Of a stretch of 61,196 nucleotides of DNA, positions 56,677 through 61,196 are shown in pieces. This stretch comes from a virus (Duplodnaviria > Caudoviricetes). The position numbers and the translations under genes are program-made. Each line of letters starts with the position of its first letter. Position 1 is the first letter of the stretch. The stretch is taken from IMG/VR virus record IMGVR_UViG_3300034068_000558, positions 1 through 61,196 of that record. One strand, written 5' to 3'. The notes under the pieces were generated by a model, which worked only from the letters and a program-made list of their open reading frames with translations, was not told the origin of the DNA and searched no databases.

Positions 56677-57341
56677 TAGTTTGATCCTTTCGTTAAGCGG
56701 TTTGCAAAGTCAATAGCTTCGGGTGGAGCGATGTCCTTTGTGATGCTCAATGTTGGAACATACCAGCTATACTTACCTTTAGACATCAGCTCAGTCCCAA
56801 AGCTCCACAAGCGGGTAGCAACTGAGATGGCTGGGTTGAATGTCTGGAAGGTAAATAGACGCTTATACGTCAAACGATAGGCGTCCTTCTGTACTGTGAT
56901 ACGCCCGATTTGATAGTTCCCATCCCCAATTGGATACGGGAACAAACTATCGTCGTCTCCGGTCTGTGGGATCAGCAGAACAATTTCTGCGAACTCAATG
57001 ACTTCATACGAGCTTTCGTTGGCGAGCTCCTTTGCTTCAGACTCCGAGGAGACAATCTTCGGGATATAGTCTTCACCAAATGGAACATTCTCTTTCCACC
57101 GTTTAGTAGCACCAATCACGACGACGGGTGTTTTCTGTTCGGCCTCAAGCAATACGGAATCCTGATCGATGACAACAGCACCAATAGGCCCCTTGATCTC
57201 AGACATCTTTTGGATGACATTAAGGCGAGGGATGTCGATATCCTGTGCGGAGAAGGACATACTATTACTATTGTTGGCGGGGACCACCAATGCTTCGGTT
57301 TCTTTCACTACTACGTTTGCGGTTTCTGCTTTACTACTCAT
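56676..57341 (-). CDS. Putative single-stranded DNA-binding protein
   Basis: DIDIPRLNVIQKMS...KYSWYVP; position between exonuclease and PolA. Confidence 0.6.
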   Translation of the reverse strand: MSSKAETANVVVKETEALVVPANNSNSMSFSAQDIDIPRLNVIQKMSEIKGPIGAVVIDQDSVLLEAEQKTPVVVIGATKRWKENVPFGEDYIPKIVSSESEAKELANESSYEVIEFAEIVLLIPQTGDDDSLFPYPIGDGNYQIGRITVQKDAYRLTYKRLFTFQTFNPAISVATRLWSFGTELMSKGKYSWYVPTLSITKDIAPPEAIDFANRLTKGSN

Positions 57342-57413
57342 GGTTTCAGTTTCTGTTTAAGATCGGTTGTTGCGTATGCTTACTAATGGGGACAACCGTA
57401 ACTCCCAGTCTCC

Positions 57414-58553
57414 TCATTTGGAGGAAAGTGTGTATCGTGTAGGACCAACCTCAACGATGCCGAGATCAATAGCTTCTTTTTCGAAGCTGTCAACAATAAA
57501 AGATTTTTTTCCTTTCGGGGCTTTTTCGTGCAGCACCTTTGAGAGTTGGTTGAGGGTCAAGTCTGCCGCCTCGATCACTTCCGTCAAGTCCAAACCGTGA
57601 CGAACTGCGAGTTGGGCAAGATAATTTTTCTCTTTGGTTTTCTTAAGGGCACCCATTGATTTCAGTTTAAGTGACTCAAACTCAATGCCGTCGTGCGCCA
57701 TTCCGGTTGCTTTATGCTTGATGCCGGATGCCCAGTTCTCAACGATCTTAGCTACGATGTAGAGTTTTTCAATAGTCTCTGTGTCTTCAAGCTCGCCCGC
57801 AGCGATTGGTCCATCCGGCAAAAGGTCGGGTCGGTAGCGTCGTGCTACCTCAATCGCCACCGCACCCAATGCGGGGCAGTGCTCTTCGTGGCGGCAGAAG
57901 CGGCAGTTGACGGAAGGGTTGAGGTCGTCAATGTCGATGGTCTTGTTGCCCCACTTAGGTCGTGTGGTTTCAGCGGCGATGATAACGTCGGAGATCTCTT
58001 TTCGGAGTTGATCCGTCTCGCTACGCTCAAAGCTACCGATAAGAATCTCATCGCGCTTAGGAACTAAGAAAGCAAAGTGGACAGTATCAAGATGTGGGAA
58101 CATCTGGAATGTGGCAAGCACATAGGCTTTTGCCTGCCAGTTGGTCTTTGGTGGATCAATCTTGCTAATGCCCGTCTTGTAGTCAATCTGAAGACCGATG
58201 TTGTCCTTCCATGCTACGATGTCAGACGTTCCGAAGGTTGGCGTCTTACACTCAAGGTCGAGCACAAGGCGCATCTCTCGCTTAACTGTGACTCCCTCAA
58301 GACCGCCGAACACGTTGTCGAAGGTCTCAAGTTCTTCAGCGAGCATACGATCATAGATCTGGGTTTCTTCCTCGTTATGAAGGGCACTCGTATCCCGCAC
58401 CTCAAGGGCTTCATGGATACGGGTTCCCATTTCAGCGGCAGGATTTGTCGTGTCGTTCCCGTGATAGCCGGAGCAGATGGAGTAATACTTCAAAGATGAA
58501 GGGCCAAATTCAGCGTGTGCGCGTTCGGAGTGGTCTACAGTTTCAATGTTCAT
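57414..58553 (-). CDS. Cas4/RecB-like PD-(D/E)xK exonuclease (DUF2800-like)
   Basis: HA..GPSS, GTRIH, GTSD, DYKTG, QAKAY, CRFC...CP. Confidence 0.88.
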   Translation of the reverse strand: MNIETVDHSERAHAEFGPSSLKYYSICSGYHGNDTTNPAAEMGTRIHEALEVRDTSALHNEEETQIYDRMLAEELETFDNVFGGLEGVTVKREMRLVLDLECKTPTFGTSDIVAWKDNIGLQIDYKTGISKIDPPKTNWQAKAYVLATFQMFPHLDTVHFAFLVPKRDEILIGSFERSETDQLRKEISDVIIAAETTRPKWGNKTIDIDDLNPSVNCRFCRHEEHCPALGAVAIEVARRYRPDLLPDGPIAAGELEDTETIEKLYIVAKIVENWASGIKHKATGMAHDGIEFESLKLKSMGALKKTKEKNYLAQLAVRHGLDLTEVIEAADLTLNQLSKVLHEKAPKGKKSFIVDSFEKEAIDLGIVEVGPTRYTLSSK

Positions 58554-58556
58554 GGT

Positions 58557-59858
58557 TTAGAGGGTGTCTGCTTTTTTGTGTAACGTGTCCAGAGACAATC
58601 TTTTCTTCTCCAGCTTGTCAACGATTTTTTCTTCGATTGTTTTTGAGGCAACCAGAACCCGTTGAACCACAGGGCTTTTCGCGCCAACTCGGTGTATTCG
58701 ACCTAGGGTTTGGATGTAGTCCTTCACGTTAAACGTGGGGGAGATAAGACTCATCCTTGGGTGTCCACCTTCCGTATCGTGCAAGGATACCCCGACTCCT
58801 CCTGCTGCGATATTGCAGACAATCACATTCGTCTGGTTTGTTTGAAACCGTTGAATGTTAACCTCACGCACCATCGCGGATTGGCCCCCGACGATAACGG
58901 ATGCGTTTGGCAAGGACTCGGTAATGGCTTTAACGGTATCGGTAAAGTTTACAAACACCGCAACGCTGTATCCTTCGGCACACGCGTCTGTAATCATGTC
59001 TAAGATATCGGAGACTTTGGCGGCTTCGGCAAGTTGTCGGGCGCGGAGTATCTCTACAAGAATATGGGGTGACGCACCGCCATCTTCAAGGAACTGGTCT
59101 ACAATTTCTGGGGTTACTCCGTGCTGCTTGTAGAAGCGAGCAATGTCTGTTAACGAGGAAAAAGCGAGGGGTTCCGTAATAACATGACTATCTGTGAAGG
59201 CGTTGGGGAGATCCTTAGGTGTCAGCTTTACACAGTTGGTGGAATAGAGTTGCTGGTTAAGGGGTACCAATTTTGGTACGGGTCCAGCCACCCAGTTATT
59301 CCAAGGGTCTCTCTTGCAGCCGTACTGCATCATCCAAGAGAACCAACTTTTCTTCTGCCCCTCCGGCTTATTCAACGAGTGCAGGCCTAAGGCAAAACCT
59401 AAAGATCTCATCTCTGTAGGGTCTTGGCACGCTGTAGCCGACAGCATCAGGTTAAAGTATCCGGCTTGCTTTGCTGCGACAAGCATCTGGGAGTTCTGGC
59501 TAAAGGGGGACTTGCACTTATGGCACTCGTCCCAAATGATTAGAGTGCCCTCCGGCAGCTGCCAACGATAAATCTTCTTGGCGACCCTTACGATGTGCTG
59601 GTTTCCCCGTTTCAGTTTCTCATAATTCAAAATGAAAAGGGGTTTAATGCCGACCTCTTCAAACTCGCGCTCCCAGTGCGGAATCACAATCTTAGGGCAC
59701 ACGACAACGACCGGACTACCGAACTCTAAAGCCACATGGCTAGCGATAACGGTTTTTCCAACTCCCGTTTGACTGCTGTCTAACGCCCCTTTATGTATGC
59801 GTAGTGCTTCTTTTAAGAAGTCAACGGACTTTCTTTGTTTTGGAAATAGTGTTTTCAT
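58557..59858 (-). CDS. SF2 (SNF2-like) helicase
   Basis: TGVGKT, DECH, SAT, GGVGVSL, QTLGRIHR. Confidence 0.92.
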   Translation of the reverse strand: MKTLFPKQRKSVDFLKEALRIHKGALDSSQTGVGKTVIASHVALEFGSPVVVVCPKIVIPHWEREFEEVGIKPLFILNYEKLKRGNQHIVRVAKKIYRWQLPEGTLIIWDECHKCKSPFSQNSQMLVAAKQAGYFNLMLSATACQDPTEMRSLGFALGLHSLNKPEGQKKSWFSWMMQYGCKRDPWNNWVAGPVPKLVPLNQQLYSTNCVKLTPKDLPNAFTDSHVITEPLAFSSLTDIARFYKQHGVTPEIVDQFLEDGGASPHILVEILRARQLAEAAKVSDILDMITDACAEGYSVAVFVNFTDTVKAITESLPNASVIVGGQSAMVREVNIQRFQTNQTNVIVCNIAAGGVGVSLHDTEGGHPRMSLISPTFNVKDYIQTLGRIHRVGAKSPVVQRVLVASKTIEEKIVDKLEKKRLSLDTLHKKADTL

Positions 59859-60024
59859 TTTTTCTTACTTGTTCAAGTTTCTTGATTCGGTTTTCGGGTA
59901 TAGCATATTGGGCTTTTCGGATTTCGCTTAAGCACGCGATGCATCTGGTTCGGTGGCACTCGTAGAACTCACGCTTAAGCTTATCCTGCTGGCATCTACG
60001 GCACCACTGCAACTCAATACTCAT
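59821..60024 (-). CDS. Small zinc-finger protein
   Basis: CRRC...EFY...CIAC. Confidence 0.6.
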   Translation of the reverse strand: MSIELQWCRRCQQDKLKREFYECHRTRCIACLSEIRKAQYAIPENRIKKLEQVRKNENTISKTKKVR

Positions 60025-60265
60025 CTTCGACTTGCTTCTTCAGTTCATCGAGTCCTTCCCAGACTTTTTCGAGCCTGTCAACAGCGTCATTTACCTGACC
60101 CTCCAGCATCTCGTCGTATTCCAAATACATGTCGCGCCAGCGTTTGGCTTCCTCCTCCCACAATTTATTGTCGGCTACTAGTTCGTCCACTCGCTTAAGC
60201 ATTTGATAGTAGTTCTCTTCGTGCGCTAGAGCGCGCGACTTCCAGATTTCAGTTTCGTTTTTCAT
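60014..60265 (-). CDS. Coiled-coil hypothetical protein
   Basis: ATGA-coupled ORF. Confidence 0.65.
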   Translation of the reverse strand: MKNETEIWKSRALAHEENYYQMLKRVDELVADNKLWEEEAKRWRDMYLEYDEMLEGQVNDAVDRLEKVWEGLDELKKQVEDEY

Positions 60266-60600
60266 GGTTTCCATAGGTTGAGTGCTTTCAAAAAGGCTTC
60301 GGCGCGTTCCTCGGCTGGTGCGGATACATCGTGATCCAGCGCGACTAGATACAGCCCATATCCTCCAGTTTCATTGTAGCCAGATTTCCTGTTCAACGCG
60401 CCCTCCGCATCGTGCATCGCGTTAAGGTCATTGAGGTAGTCTGGTAACAACTTGATTATTTTAGGGTGTCGAATGTCATTCATGCGGTATCCAGTTCCGC
60501 TTGTTTTATTTGGTGAATACACAAATGTATTTGCACCGTCTGATTCAATCCTCCACCCACACGCTTTCGCGATGGCGATGCGTTGTGCTTCAGGATTCAC
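60262..60600 (-). CDS. Paralog of 80-397 (ABA-sandwich-like), GTG start
   Basis: NPEAQRIAIAKACGW...PDYLNDLNAMHDAE...AEAFLKALNLWKP. Confidence 0.7.
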   Translation of the reverse strand: MNPEAQRIAIAKACGWRIESDGANTFVYSPNKTSGTGYRMNDIRHPKIIKLLPDYLNDLNAMHDAEGALNRKSGYNETGGYGLYLVALDHDVSAPAEERAEAFLKALNLWKP

Positions 60601-60970
60601 CGCGAGCCTCCTTCCATGCAGCGAGGGCGGCACGGGCTTCTTTTATTTTGTATAGCGGAGAATCTGGATCATCATTTAAGATGGCATTCAAAGCCTCCGC
60701 CAGCCTGTCGCGCTGCCTCTCCGCATCAATCATGTGTTCTTGCGTTTCGCCAAGTCGGAGTATTGTTTGATCCAGTTGATCGTCCAGCCTGTCGCGCTCG
60801 GCGACCAATGTCTCACTTGGTTTGTTCACATACTGGGAATGGATCGACTCCTTCTCCCACTCCTGAACCTCTTGATGGATCGGACTGTTTGCCCACGATG
60901 GGTTTGTTGGGATCACAAGCGATGCACCATAGATGACTGGGCTGTCGGCGGGTGTTGGTGGTAGTGGCAT
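60590..60970 (-). CDS. Hypothetical protein
   Basis: QRDRLAEAL...ARAALAAWKE; coupled to both neighbours. Confidence 0.65.
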   Translation of the reverse strand: MPLPPTPADSPVIYGASLVIPTNPSWANSPIHQEVQEWEKESIHSQYVNKPSETLVAERDRLDDQLDQTILRLGETQEHMIDAERQRDRLAEALNAILNDDPDSPLYKIKEARAALAAWKEARGES

Positions 60971-61196
60971 TATTTTGTTGGTTGAGTGTTAGTATCGGGC
61001 GATCCGTCACTTATTGCGCTCTCAGGATAACTGGTCGCCTTGATCACGGATATCCCGATCACCATCAGGCGGTGCTGGAACTCACGCACCACTCGGTCGT
61101 GCTCATTCCTCCATTGGTCGCGCTCGCGTTCCAGCTTGCGGGTGAAATCGGCTAGATTCCGCTCAAATTCGGGGTGGTCTTGGCACGCGAGCCGAT
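60970..61196 (-). CDS. 3' part of an 87-aa hypothetical protein spanning the circular junction (ATG at 83)
   Basis: Manual translation MNTDTPETDGEWNRL...RKLERERDQWR...TQPTK*; ATGA and TAATG overlaps with both neighbours. Confidence 0.8.
   Translation of the reverse strand, partial: RLACQDHPEFERNLADFTRKLERERDQWRNEHDRVVREFQHRLMVIGISVIKATSYPESAISDGSPDTNTQPTK
61151..61196. repeat. Terminal overlap, copy 2 (circular assembly)
   Basis: Identical to 1-46. Confidence 0.97.

Noticed and set aside
57414-58553. Cas4-like nuclease as evidence of a CRISPR system
   Set aside because: It is a standard member of the helicase-exonuclease-SSB-PolA module; no cas1 or array is present.

Overview
The window looks like a complete, circularly assembled ~61.15 kb dsDNA tailed-phage genome. 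The first 46 bp are repeated at the end, and an 87-aa ORF reads cleanly across that junction. It is probably a podovirus-like phage of a Gram-negative host: it has overlapping spanin-like genes, sigma70-type promoters and no Shine-Dalgarno sites. Modules: (i) minus-strand replication and accessory arm, 52.4-61.2 kb plus 0-5 kb (primase-helicase, PolA, SSB-like protein, Cas4-like exonuclease, SF2 helicase, dNTP diphosphohydrolase, RNA ligase, RuvC, TerS); (ii) TerL and three putative ejection proteins, one of 4394 aa, 5-23 kb; (iii) minus-strand putative early region, 23.2-31.7 kb (MoxR/VWA and amidoligase/GATase-GGCT, with four families of intergenic repeats); (iv) head, lysis and tail genes, 32.7-52.4 kb. 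I recognised no integrase, tRNA, CRISPR array or reverse transcriptase. Best leads: a scaffold-like terminal peptide [ST]FxxAVxxx[FML] shared by three non-scaffold proteins (a possible capsid cargo-loading tag); the hairpin and palindrome families of the early region; a rod-like candidate ncRNA at ~1.13-1.30 kb; a stand-alone mimic of the NrdA redox tail; a Ser-less ACP-like protein; and a duplicated 126-bp AT-rich element. All family assignments come from motif recognition by eye, not database searches.
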